Positions 32,272 through 41,835 of a stretch of DNA of 64,000 nucleotides are shown here, one piece after another (position 1 is the first letter of the stretch; each line of letters opens with the position of its first letter). The notes below the pieces were generated by a model. It worked only from the letters and a program-made list of their open reading frames with translations. It did no database searches and was not told the origin of the DNA. The position numbers were made by a program, and so were the translations under genes. Location of the stretch: the NCBI GenBank assembly GCA_965247095.1, contig OZ251997.1, forward strand, positions 992,001 to 1,056,000, read 5' to 3'. Origin of the DNA: Candidatus Multivorans sp. (GTDB lineage Bacteria; Acidobacteriota; Thermoanaerobaculia; Multivoradales; Multivoraceae).

Positions 32272-35193
32272 GTGCCGAGGAAAAGCAGAGCCAAGAGGCC
32301 CAAGCGGGTCGAGTCCTTTCGTCACGAGGAGGCGAAGCGGCCGAACTTGCCGTCGGCCGAGCACCAGGCCGTGATGTCGGCGGAGGACCAGAGACCCATC
32401 CGAACGGCTATTGAGCGGCGGAACCTCGACCTCGACCCGCAGCTTGTCTGGCGCGGCAAGAACTACGACGAGGAGTTCGAAGTCCACGCGCCGCCGCTCT
32501 TCATCCAGGAGAAGGTCCATCCCAAGGCGCTGATCGATGAGCTGAAGCGGGCATCGGCCGACGCGGAAGCGGCTGAAGCCCAGGTTTCTCTTTTCGACGA
32601 CTTCAACGGCCTGCCGTCGTCCGAGGCTCGAACCGAGTTCTACCAGCACGACGCGAACTGGTCGAACAGGATGATCCTGGGCGATTCGCTCCAGGTCAAA
32701 GCCTCACTGACCGACCGCGAGGGCCTGCGCGGCAAGGTCCAGTGCATCTACATCGACCCGCCCTACGGCATCAAGTTCAACTCGAACTTCCAATGGTCCA
32801 CCACCAGCCGTGACGTGAAGGACGGCAAGGCGGACCACATCACCCGAGAACCGGAGCAGGTCAAGGCGTTCCGGGACACGTGGCGGGACGGGATTCACTC
32901 GTACCTCAGCTACCTGCGTGATCGGCTCACGGTGGCGCGAGAGCTGCTGACCGAGAGCGGGTCGGTGTTTGTGCAGATCGGTGATGAGAACGTGCACCGG
33001 GTTCGAGCGTTGATGGATGAGGTGTTTGGGGAGGAGAACTTCGTTTCCCTCGTCCCGTTCGCCAAGACCAGTGGAGCCACTTCGAGTCAATTGGCGGCGA
33101 CGTGCGACTACCTGCTCTGGTACGCGAACGACAGGGATGCGTCTGTGGCGAAGTACCGACAACTGATGATCGAGGTGGATCCCATACCGAATCCTCGGGA
33201 ACGCTATGTGTGCGTCGAAACTGAAGAGGGTGAGATCATCGACCTCTCCCTAAAGCAGAAGCTGAATCCGGTCCTGAGGCCGGAAGGCAGAGTGCTCCGA
33301 CTTCGTCCTACCGACTCGCAGGGCGCGACGAACGACTCGCGGCGATCGGTTGAATGGAGCGGAAGGTCGTATTGGCCACCGCGAGGGCGCCACTGGAGCG
33401 TCACATCCTCAGAGATGAAGACGGTCGTCAGGAGCGGTCGGGCATTTGGCGTCGGCCGGACGCTGACTTGGAAGTACTATCGGGAGCCGAACTTCAATCT
33501 TGTCAACAATGACTGGATGAATCTCAAGAAATCCGGGTTCGGGTCCGCTCAGCTTTACGTTGTGGAGACGCTTGCCGCGGTTGTTGCTCGGTGCATCTTG
33601 ATGACCACGGATCCGGGCGACCTCGTCCTGGATCCAACGTGCGGCTCGGGTACGACCGCTTACGTCGCGGAGCAGTGGGGGAGGCGCTGGATCACGATCG
33701 ACACCTCCCGGGTAGCCTTGGCTCTAGCGCGGGCTCGCATCATGGGCGCGCGCTATCCCTACTACCTTCTCGCGGACAGCCGGGAGGGACAGCAGAAGGA
33801 GGCAGAGATCACCCGCACTGCGCCAAAGCAGGCGGAGACCTACGAGCGGCTGCGGCAGGGCTTCGTCTACGAGCGCGTTCCTCACATCACCCTCAAGGCG
33901 ATCGCCAATAACACGGAGATCGACGTCATCTGGGAGCGGCTGCAACCGGCCGTCGAGGCGGCACTGGTGCGACTGAACAAGGCACTCGCAGGTCACGGGG
34001 ACCCGTTCGCAGTGACCGTGGGCGGCCGCAAGGGCGCGACGATCGACTTCCGCGCACCAGCGGGCACAACGGTGAGCCTCCCCTCCGGCGAGGAGGCGCC
34101 AGCGAACGCCTTGCTCGAGTGGGAGGTCCCACGCGAGGCCCCGAATGACTGGTCGCCGGCGGCTTGTGAGGCCTTGGCAGCGTTCTGGAAAGCCCGTATC
34201 GCCCGCCAGAAGGAGATCGACGTGTCGATCGCCGCCAAGGCCGACTTCGAGTACCTGTACGACAAGCCCTACGAGGACAAGACGAAAGTCCGGGTCGCCG
34301 GTCCGTTCACGGTGGAGTCCCTGTCTCCTCACCGCTCTCTCCTCATCGACGAGGAGGACAACCTCGTGGATACGATCGGCGAGGCGCGGAAGACCAACGG
34401 AACCGGCCAGGACTTCGGCGGCATGATCCTGGAGCAACTTCGTACGGCCGGCGTTCAGCAGGCCCACCGTGCAGACCGAATCCAGTTCACGTCGCTCAGG
34501 CCCTGGCCCGGCAAGATGATTGCCGGCGAAGGTGCCTACGAGGAGGCTGGGACTGGGGAAGACCGGCGTGCCGGGATCCTGATCGGACCTGAGTTCGGCA
34601 GCGTGTCGCGCCCGGACCTGGTCGACGCAGCCCGGGAGGCCGCCGACGCCGGCTTTGACGTCCTCATCTCCTGCGCCTTCAGCTACGACGCCCACGCCTC
34701 CGAGTTCAGCAAGCTCGGGCGTGTACCGGTGCTGAAGGCACGGATGAACGCCGACCTGCACATGGCGGAGGACCTCAAGAACACCGGCAAGGGCAACCTC
34801 TTCGTCATCTTCGGCGAACCCGACATCGACATCCTGCCCGTGCCCGCCGACAACGGTGGCGAAGAGCAGTTCCGGGTCAAGATCAACGGCGTCGACGTGT
34901 TCGACCCCCGCACCGGCAAAGTCCGCAGCGACTCCGCCGACGGCATCGCCTGCTGGTTCATCGACACCGACTACAACGAGGAGAGCTTCTTTGTCCGTCA
35001 CGCCTATTTCCTCGGCGCCAACGACCCCTACAAGTCCCTCAAGACCACCCTCAAAGCCGAAATCGACCGCGAAGCCTGGGAGACGCTCCACAGCGACGCC
35101 TCGCGAGCCTTCCCGCGCCCCAACTCAGGCCGCATCGCCGTGAAGGTCATCAACCACCTCGGCGACGAGGTGATGAAGGTGTTCCGGGTCTAG
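32272..35193 (+). CDS. mod: Type III R-M adenine methyltransferase Mod subunit
   Basis: LDPQLVWRGK, NRMILGDSL, YIDPPYG, LVLDPTCGSGTT, RIAVKVINHLGDEVMKV; GTG 32272. Confidence 0.92.
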   Translation: MPRKSRAKRPKRVESFRHEEAKRPNLPSAEHQAVMSAEDQRPIRTAIERRNLDLDPQLVWRGKNYDEEFEVHAPPLFIQEKVHPKALIDELKRASADAEAAEAQVSLFDDFNGLPSSEARTEFYQHDANWSNRMILGDSLQVKASLTDREGLRGKVQCIYIDPPYGIKFNSNFQWSTTSRDVKDGKADHITREPEQVKAFRDTWRDGIHSYLSYLRDRLTVARELLTESGSVFVQIGDENVHRVRALMDEVFGEENFVSLVPFAKTSGATSSQLAATCDYLLWYANDRDASVAKYRQLMIEVDPIPNPRERYVCVETEEGEIIDLSLKQKLNPVLRPEGRVLRLRPTDSQGATNDSRRSVEWSGRSYWPPRGRHWSVTSSEMKTVVRSGRAFGVGRTLTWKYYREPNFNLVNNDWMNLKKSGFGSAQLYVVETLAAVVARCILMTTDPGDLVLDPTCGSGTTAYVAEQWGRRWITIDTSRVALALARARIMGARYPYYLLADSREGQQKEAEITRTAPKQAETYERLRQGFVYERVPHITLKAIANNTEIDVIWERLQPAVEAALVRLNKALAGHGDPFAVTVGGRKGATIDFRAPAGTTVSLPSGEEAPANALLEWEVPREAPNDWSPAACEALAAFWKARIARQKEIDVSIAAKADFEYLYDKPYEDKTKVRVAGPFTVESLSPHRSLLIDEEDNLVDTIGEARKTNGTGQDFGGMILEQLRTAGVQQAHRADRIQFTSLRPWPGKMIAGEGAYEEAGTGEDRRAGILIGPEFGSVSRPDLVDAAREAADAGFDVLISCAFSYDAHASEFSKLGRVPVLKARMNADLHMAEDLKNTGKGNLFVIFGEPDIDILPVPADNGGEEQFRVKINGVDVFDPRTGKVRSDSADGIACWFIDTDYNEESFFVRHAYFLGANDPYKSLKTTLKAEIDREAWETLHSDASRAFPRPNSGRIAVKVINHLGDEVMKVFRV

Positions 35194-35252
35194 AGAGGGC
35201 GGGCGGTCGAGCGGGGTGAGTTTAGGCGCGACTTGCCGATAGGCTCGGCTGC

Positions 35253-36293
35253 ATGGCGATCACCCGACTACGGTTGCAGCGCTTCAGCGCATTCGACGAG
35301 TTCGACTTCGAGCCCTCTCCCGGCATCAACGTCCTCATAGGCGCCAACGGCACGGGCAAGACCCACCTGATGAAGGTCGCCTATGCCGCGTGCGACGTGA
35401 GCAAAACGGGGGCTTCCTTCGCCGAGAAGCTCCTCCGCGTGTTCCTGCCGTCCGGCGGTGCGTTGGGTCGCCTGGTCAAGCGGCAGCAGGGCAGTTCGCG
35501 CTGTCTTATCGAGGTTCATCGGCGTCGGGGCCAGAGCCTTGAAAAGCTGAGCGCTTCGTTCTCGAACCACGCGTCGGTGCCGAAGTCCGCGACCGTCAGG
35601 GGAGCGAAGGGCTGGTACGGCTCTCCACTGGAGAGCGTCTTCATTCCCGTCAAGGAGATGCTGGCCAACGCTCCAGGATTCCGCTCGCTCTACTCTCAGC
35701 GCGAAGTTCACTTTGAGGAAGTCTACGCGGACGTCCTCGACCGCGCCTTCCGCCCGGCACTGCGCGGCGCCCCGGACCAGGACCGGAAGCGACTGCTGGA
35801 CATCCTCCAGGGCGCCATGGCAGGCAAGGTCGCGGTGCGCAACGAGGAGTTCTTCCTCCGCAGCAAGCAGGGAAATCTGGAGTTCTCGCTTCTCGCGGAA
35901 GGTATGCGGAAGCTGGGCCTGCTTTGGCTGCTGATCCAGAACGGCACATTGCTGAAGGGCTCGGTGCTCTTCTGGGACGAGCCCGAGACGAATCTCCACC
36001 CTGGTCTCTTCGGGAGGCTCGCCGAAATCTTCGTTCAACTTCAGCGGGCAGGTATTCAAATCTTCCTAGCCACGCACGACTATACGGTCTTGAAGGAGCT
36101 CGACGTCAGGGCTGCGGGGCAGAGCGAGAACAAGATCATGTTCCACTCTCTGTATCGGGACGCCGACAACGGGAGGATCGGTTGTCAAACCTCGACGACC
36201 TACGCCGGCATCCACCCGAACACAATCGCGGATGTCTTCTCCGGTCTCTACGACCGGGAAGTGCAACGTAGCCTGGGCGACCTCGCCCGGTGA
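35253..36293 (+). CDS. ABC/AAA_21-type ATPase
   Basis: Walker A GANGTGKT, signature LAEGMRK, Walker B FWDEPETNLHP, ATHD. Confidence 0.9.
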   Translation: MAITRLRLQRFSAFDEFDFEPSPGINVLIGANGTGKTHLMKVAYAACDVSKTGASFAEKLLRVFLPSGGALGRLVKRQQGSSRCLIEVHRRRGQSLEKLSASFSNHASVPKSATVRGAKGWYGSPLESVFIPVKEMLANAPGFRSLYSQREVHFEEVYADVLDRAFRPALRGAPDQDRKRLLDILQGAMAGKVAVRNEEFFLRSKQGNLEFSLLAEGMRKLGLLWLLIQNGTLLKGSVLFWDEPETNLHPGLFGRLAEIFVQLQRAGIQIFLATHDYTVLKELDVRAAGQSENKIMFHSLYRDADNGRIGCQTSTTYAGIHPNTIADVFSGLYDREVQRSLGDLAR

Positions 36294-36802
36294 TCAGCCT
36301 GGAGGAAGGCGACCTCCGCGTCACCCTGCCGGGACCGGGAACGGTGAGAAAGTTCGACGCCCCGGCGGATCACGGGTTGAGCCACTGTATGAAGGCTGTG
36401 GACTTCGTCGTGGAGTTCGAGCGGCGGAGACTCTTCCTCGAGATCAAGGATCCGGAGCATCCGCGTGCCCGGCCAGCAGATCGGCGCGCTTTCGTGGGGC
36501 GATTCAAGTCGGACCAGTTGGACGGCGATCTGGTGCAGAAGTACCGTGACTCGTTTCTCTACGAGTGGGCTTGCGACAACCTCAAGAAACCGATTCACTA
36601 CTGGGTGCTGGTGGGTATCGACAGTCTGAGCGACTCGGATCTTCTCAGCAGGACGGACGCGCTCAGGAACAAGCTGCCGGCCGGGCCGGCGTCGGAGAGG
36701 TGGGTGCGGCCGATCGTGTCGCAGTGTTGCGTGTTCACTCCTGGGAGCTGGAACCGAACGCTCCCTGACGGCTACACGGTCACACGGGTGTCGTCGTCAT
36801 AG
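36290..36802 (+). CDS. Hypothetical protein, putative PD-(D/E)XK nuclease
   Basis: AVDFVVE...LFLEIKD motif; GTGA overlap with ATPase. Confidence 0.65.
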   Translation: MISLEEGDLRVTLPGPGTVRKFDAPADHGLSHCMKAVDFVVEFERRRLFLEIKDPEHPRARPADRRAFVGRFKSDQLDGDLVQKYRDSFLYEWACDNLKKPIHYWVLVGIDSLSDSDLLSRTDALRNKLPAGPASERWVRPIVSQCCVFTPGSWNRTLPDGYTVTRVSSS

Positions 36803-36930
36803 GAGGCTGCTACCGGGGCCCTGGCGCAATCAGTCGGCACCTTCGCTGCCAACGTATCCGAGACCGCCGGCACAGCCAACAGAGCCAGTTCTATTCGCGA
36901 GTAGCAAGGCACACGACATGAAGTGAGGCG

Positions 36931-37497
36931 ATGGCGAGGAGAGGGAGAACGAGCGGCAACCTGACGACCGTCATCGAGCGCGAAGGCACTCTCTACGTCG
37001 CGCGGTGTCTCGAATTCGACGTGGCGAGCCAGGGCGTCTCGGTCAGGGAGGCGAAATTGCAGCCGCCCCCTGCCGACTTGGTGTTCGAGTTGGGCGCAAT
37101 GATCGCCACCCACCGATGGTGCGCCCTCTCCAACGCTCTGGAGATCGCAGGGTGGATCTTCCAGAACGGGAGCGGCGAACACCGTGATCTGCTGCGGTCA
37201 CCGTGTCTTCAAGGACTCGCGTTTCTACGGCAGGTGCTTGCGTTTCAGGAGGATCCGAATCCGCGCCCCTTCACCGAACTGCCTGAAGTTGTCTCTGAGG
37301 ACGATGTCGACTTGCCGTGGCTCCGCTGGCGTTGCGTCGGGCTGGCGGCAGCGATGGATCTCGCCGGCCTCGGAGAAGAGAGCGCCGTCGCGGGGTGGTT
37401 GAAGGACGCGGAGAACGATCCCTTGCCGGAGCTCCGCTTCGCCGCGGAGGAATGGCGCAGCAGGCGCACGACGGAGGGCGAATCGGGCCACGAATGA
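36931..37497 (+). pseudogene. Chimeric remnant: HicB N-terminus fused to an unrelated helical C-terminal fragment
   Basis: VIEREGTLYVARCLEFDVASQGVSVREA is HicB-like, then switches at ~37055 to LQPPPADLVFELG...DPLPELR. Confidence 0.55.
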
Positions 37498-37649
37498 TGT
37501 CGCCTGCCCCGTCGTCCTCGTCTTAGCCCGAAGTTCTGAGGCTCCTGGGGCCTCCTCGTCGTCGAGAGGCGTTGCAGTGCTTGGGTTTTCGGGTGTTGGG
37601 CCGCCCCTGTTTTCTGCCATTGGTAGCCATGTAAGGATCTCGTGGCATG

Positions 37650-37678
37650 TAGACATTCTGAATGGTTTCGTCTACAAT
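37650..37678 (+). promoter_or_regulatory. Putative transposase promoter (leaderless)
   Basis: TAGACA-N17-TACAAT, 8 nt before ATG; overlapping inverted repeat TGTAGAC/GTCTACA. Confidence 0.55.
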
Positions 37679-37686
37679 GAGAAGCC

Positions 37687-39405
37687 ATGTACATCGAACG
37701 GGTACCCAACCGAAACTCACCACCCGCCGTCCTGCTGAGAGAGTCCTACCGACAGGACGGAAAGGTCAAGAAACGCACTCTCGCCAACCTCTCCAAGTGG
37801 CCCGACCAACTCGTCGAAGGACTCAGAACCCTGCTCAAGGGAGGAGTCGCCCTGCCTTCGCTCGAGGCCGCCTTCGAAATCCTGCGCGCCAGACCGCACG
37901 GCCATGTCGCCGCCGTCCTCGGCGCGGCCCGAAGCCTCGGCATCGAACGACTCCTCGACCGACGGCCCTCGCGCGAACGGGCGCTGGCGCTGGCCATGAT
38001 CGCGGCCCGCATCCTCGAGCCGCGATCCAAGCTCGCCACCGCCCGCGGACTCGCGAGCGAGACCATGAGCCACACCCTCGGCGAGGAACTCGGCGTGCAG
38101 GAGGCCTCGGCCGACGAACTCTACGGCGCCATGGACTGGCTGCTCGAAAGACAGCCGCGCATCGAGCGGACTCTTGCCCGGCGGCATCTGGAAGACGGCT
38201 CGCTGGTGCTTTACGACGTGACCTCGGTCTACTTTGAGGGCAGGAAGTGCACGCTGGCCAGGCACGGCTACTCCAGGGACAAGAAGAGAGGCAAGGTCCA
38301 GATCGTCTTCGGCCTGCTCTGCAGCCGGGACGGATGCCCGGTCGCGGTCGAGGTATTCGAGGGCAACACGGCCGATCCGACGACCCTGAACGCCCAGGTG
38401 CAGAAGCTCCGCGACCGCTTCTCGCTGGAGAGGATCGTGATGGTCTCAGACCGGGGCCTGATCACCGACGCGCGCATCCGCGAGGACCTCGACCCCGCGG
38501 GCCTGTCCTGGATCAGCGCCCTGCGCGCGCCGGCGATCAGGACGCTGGCCCAGGAAGGCCACCTGCAACTGTCGCTCTTCGACCAGCGGAAGATGGCCGA
38601 GATCAGCGTCCCGGAGCTGTACCCCAAGGAGCGCCTCGTGGTGTGCCGGAACCCGCTTCTGGCGGAGGAACGCGGCCGCAAGCGCCAGGAGCTTCTCGAA
38701 TCCACCGAGCGCAAGCTCGACGCCGTCGTTGCGGCGACGCGGCGCAAGAAGAACCCCCTGCGCGGCAAGGACGCCATCGCCGTGCGCGCGGACCGCGCCC
38801 TGGGCGCCTACAAGGTCGGCAAGCACTTCGAGGTCGAGATCGAAGAGGACGGCTTCCAATACCGCCGCAACGAGGCGCGCATCGCCGAGGAAGCCGCTCT
38901 CGACGGCTTCTACGTCATCCGCACCAACGTCCCCGAAGACGAACTGCCGGCAGCCGATGCGGTCCGCGCCTACAAGAGCCTCAGCCGCGTCGAACGCGCC
39001 TTCCGCTCCTACAAGAGCGTCGACCTCAAAGTGCGCCCCGTCCACCATCGCCTAGCCTCGAGGGTACGCGCCCACGTCTTCCTCTGCATGCTCGCCTACT
39101 ACGTCGAGTGGCACATGCGCCGGACCCTGGCGCCCCTCCTCTTCGACGACCAACGCCGCGACGACCAACGCGAGTCGCCCGTCGATCCCGCGCGAAGGTC
39201 GCACGAGGCAATGACCAAGGCCAACTCCCGGAGGACCCCCGACGGACTCCCCGTCCACAGCTTCCAGACCTTGCTCGCCGACCTGGCCACGCTGACCCGA
39301 AACCGCGTGCGGATGCACGGCAAGGCCGACTCCACCGCCGACGTCCTCGCACGGCCCACTCCACTCCAGAACGAAGCCTTCAAACTACTCGGCATCCGCC
39401 CCTGA
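37687..39405 (+). CDS. IS1634-family DDE transposase
   Basis: LYDVTSVYFEG, GYSRD, VSDRGL, YKSLSRVERAFR, RVRAHVFLCMLAY. Confidence 0.95.
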   Translation: MYIERVPNRNSPPAVLLRESYRQDGKVKKRTLANLSKWPDQLVEGLRTLLKGGVALPSLEAAFEILRARPHGHVAAVLGAARSLGIERLLDRRPSRERALALAMIAARILEPRSKLATARGLASETMSHTLGEELGVQEASADELYGAMDWLLERQPRIERTLARRHLEDGSLVLYDVTSVYFEGRKCTLARHGYSRDKKRGKVQIVFGLLCSRDGCPVAVEVFEGNTADPTTLNAQVQKLRDRFSLERIVMVSDRGLITDARIREDLDPAGLSWISALRAPAIRTLAQEGHLQLSLFDQRKMAEISVPELYPKERLVVCRNPLLAEERGRKRQELLESTERKLDAVVAATRRKKNPLRGKDAIAVRADRALGAYKVGKHFEVEIEEDGFQYRRNEARIAEEAALDGFYVIRTNVPEDELPAADAVRAYKSLSRVERAFRSYKSVDLKVRPVHHRLASRVRAHVFLCMLAYYVEWHMRRTLAPLLFDDQRRDDQRESPVDPARRSHEAMTKANSRRTPDGLPVHSFQTLLADLATLTRNRVRMHGKADSTADVLARPTPLQNEAFKLLGIRP

Positions 39406-39556
39406 AGTCGACGTACCCAGTACAAGACACCGCCGAACAACTGAAAACGCCCACCACTACAGGCGATTTCACGACTTGAAGCTCAGAACTTCGGCTTAGC
39501 GCGCGTAACTCGCGTCGAACAAGCAACACTGCGGCTCCCATAGGCTACGCGGCGCT

Positions 39557-41797
39557 GTGGAGTTCCGGATCGCAGACACCTTCACCGACAGCTTGGCGCG
39601 GCTTCGCGTCGATGAGCAGAAGGCGGCGAAGACGACGGCGTTCGACTTGCAGGTCGACCCGTCGCGGCCGGGTCTGCGGTTGCACCGGGTGGATTCGGCG
39701 CGGGACCGGAACTTCTGGTCGGCGCGGGCGGGCCGCGATCTGCGGATCATCGTCCACCGCACGTCGTCGAGCTTCCTGATCTGCTACGTCGATCATCACG
39801 ACGAGGCCTACCGGTGGGCTGAGCGGCGCCGGCTGGAGCGGCATCCTCGGACCGGTGCGGCGCAGTTGGTGGAGATTCGAGAGGTCGTGCGCGAGGTCGA
39901 AGCACCGCGATACGCGCCACCGCAGTGGGACGCAACTGGGGAGGCGGCAAAGGCTGGGACCTCAGAGACTTCGTCGGTCCCAAGTAGCGCGGAGGCAGTA
40001 TCGGTTCCTGAGGCGGTTCCTGGGACTGGACGGGGCGAGCCGGCAGCCGAACAGCTCCTCTTCGCCGACAAGACCGATGACGAACTCCTGGGCTACGGCG
40101 TGCCGCCGGATTGGCTTGACGAGGCCAAGTCGGCGACAGAAGAGTCGCTGCTTGAGTTGGCCGAGCACCTGCCGGCGGAAGCGGCCGAAGCGCTGCTTGA
40201 ATTGGCGACCGGCGGAACGCCCCCGGTTCGGGCGCCGCTGCCGCCCGATGTCGACGCATTCGCCCATCCGGATGCCGAGCGCCGCTTCCGGGTCGTGGCC
40301 GACCGTGAGGAGTTGGAGCGGGCGCTGGAAGCTCCGTGGGAAAAGTGGACCGTCTTCCTGCACCCCGCTCAAAGGACGTTGGTGGAACGGGACTACGGCG
40401 GGCCGGCGCGCGTTGCGGGGTCGGCTGGTACCGGCAAGACGATCGTGGCTTTGCACCGCGCTGTGCACCTGGCTGAGTCGGATTCCGATGCGCGGGTGTT
40501 ACTCGCTACGTTCTCGGAGCCACTGGCCGACGCCCTGCAGCGGCGGTTGCGCCTACTGATCGGCAACCGGCCTCGCCTGGGCGAGCGGATTGAGGTCCAG
40601 TCGATGGCCGGTCTTGCCCAGCGGCTCTATGAACTCAACATCGCTCCCCTCAAGCGGGTCACCGAAGAGCAGCAACACGAACTGCTGAGCCGGGCCGGAG
40701 CGGAAGTACCTGATCACGGCTTCTCGGATCGCTTCCTGTGGGCGGAGTGGAACGGTGTGGTCGATGCCTGGCAGTTGAAGAACTGGGACGAGTACCGAGC
40801 CGTTCCCCGACTCGGTCGTCGGACCCGACTCGCAGAAGCCCGCCGGAGGGTGCTCTGGGGCATCTTCGCCAAGGTGCGCGACGAACTGGAGCGGCAAGAT
40901 CTCGTGACGACGGCGGCCATGTTCGGGCGGCTGGAGACCCATTTCAATCAAGCGCCGAAGTCTCCGTTCGACTTCTACGTGATCGACGAGGCCCAGGACG
41001 TCAGCGTGGCCGAACTCCGGTTTCTGGCGGCGCTCAGCGAGGATCGGCCGAACAGCCTGTTCTTCGCCGGCGACCTGGGTCAGCGTATCTTCCGCGCCCC
41101 GTTCTCCTGGCGAAAGCTGGGCGTCGATGTCCGGGGACGGTCTCGGACCCTGCGGGTCAACTACCGCACCTCTCATCAGATTCGACGGCAGGCCGATCGC
41201 CTGCTGCCTGCGAAGATCGCGGATGTCGACGGCATCGAGGAGGACCGGCGCGGCACGGTTTCCGTGTTCAACGGACCCGAACCGGAGATTCGGGTTCTCG
41301 GGTCGGAGGCAGAGGAGATTGCGGCGGTCGGTGACTGGCTCCGCACTTTGTCAATGGCCAGCGGCGAAGCCGCAGGCAGCGGCTATGGTCACGCCACGAT
41401 CGGGCTCTTCGTCCGGTCGTCGACCGAGATCGTGCGAGCTCTCCAAGCGGTAGAGGCCGCTGGTCTGCAGGCGGTTCGTTTGGACGCGGGCGAGGTGGCC
41501 GCAGTCACTAGGGAGAGCGCAGGAGCCTCCAGCAACGGCTCGGTCCCGGCTCTGGTCGCCATCGGCACCATGCACCGGGCCAAGGGGCTGGAGTTCCGGG
41601 CCGTGGCGGTCATGGCTTGTGACGACGAAGTGTTGCCGCTCCAGGCGAGGATCGAGAACGTCGCCGACGAGGCGGACCTGGAGGACGTGTACGACACCGA
41701 GCGGCACCTGCTCTACGTTGCCTGTACTCGGGCCCGGGACCGGCTGCTCGTGGCCGGTGTGGATCCTGCGTCGGAGTTCCTGGACGATCTGGTGTGA
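39557..41797 (+). CDS. UvrD-like SF1 helicase with N-terminal RelE/ParE-like domain
   Basis: WTVFLHPAQ, GSAGTGKT, IDEAQD, GDLGQRIF, NYRT, TMHRAKGLEF, LLYVACTRAR; N-terminal FWSARAGRDLRIIV. Confidence 0.9.
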   Translation: MEFRIADTFTDSLARLRVDEQKAAKTTAFDLQVDPSRPGLRLHRVDSARDRNFWSARAGRDLRIIVHRTSSSFLICYVDHHDEAYRWAERRRLERHPRTGAAQLVEIREVVREVEAPRYAPPQWDATGEAAKAGTSETSSVPSSAEAVSVPEAVPGTGRGEPAAEQLLFADKTDDELLGYGVPPDWLDEAKSATEESLLELAEHLPAEAAEALLELATGGTPPVRAPLPPDVDAFAHPDAERRFRVVADREELERALEAPWEKWTVFLHPAQRTLVERDYGGPARVAGSAGTGKTIVALHRAVHLAESDSDARVLLATFSEPLADALQRRLRLLIGNRPRLGERIEVQSMAGLAQRLYELNIAPLKRVTEEQQHELLSRAGAEVPDHGFSDRFLWAEWNGVVDAWQLKNWDEYRAVPRLGRRTRLAEARRRVLWGIFAKVRDELERQDLVTTAAMFGRLETHFNQAPKSPFDFYVIDEAQDVSVAELRFLAALSEDRPNSLFFAGDLGQRIFRAPFSWRKLGVDVRGRSRTLRVNYRTSHQIRRQADRLLPAKIADVDGIEEDRRGTVSVFNGPEPEIRVLGSEAEEIAAVGDWLRTLSMASGEAAGSGYGHATIGLFVRSSTEIVRALQAVEAAGLQAVRLDAGEVAAVTRESAGASSNGSVPALVAIGTMHRAKGLEFRAVAVMACDDEVLPLQARIENVADEADLEDVYDTERHLLYVACTRARDRLLVAGVDPASEFLDDLV

Positions 41798-41835
41798 GCG
41801 GTGAGCGCCCGTCCCGGTTGTAGGCTGGAGGCCTT

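Larger units (their letters stand above)
37528..39494 (+). mobile_element. IS1634-family insertion sequence, complete
   Basis: Perfect 13-bp terminal IR CCGAAGTTCTGAG (37528-37540)/CTCAGAACTTCGG (39482-39494); 6-bp direct repeat CTTAGC at 37522-37527 and 39495-39500. Confidence 0.93.
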
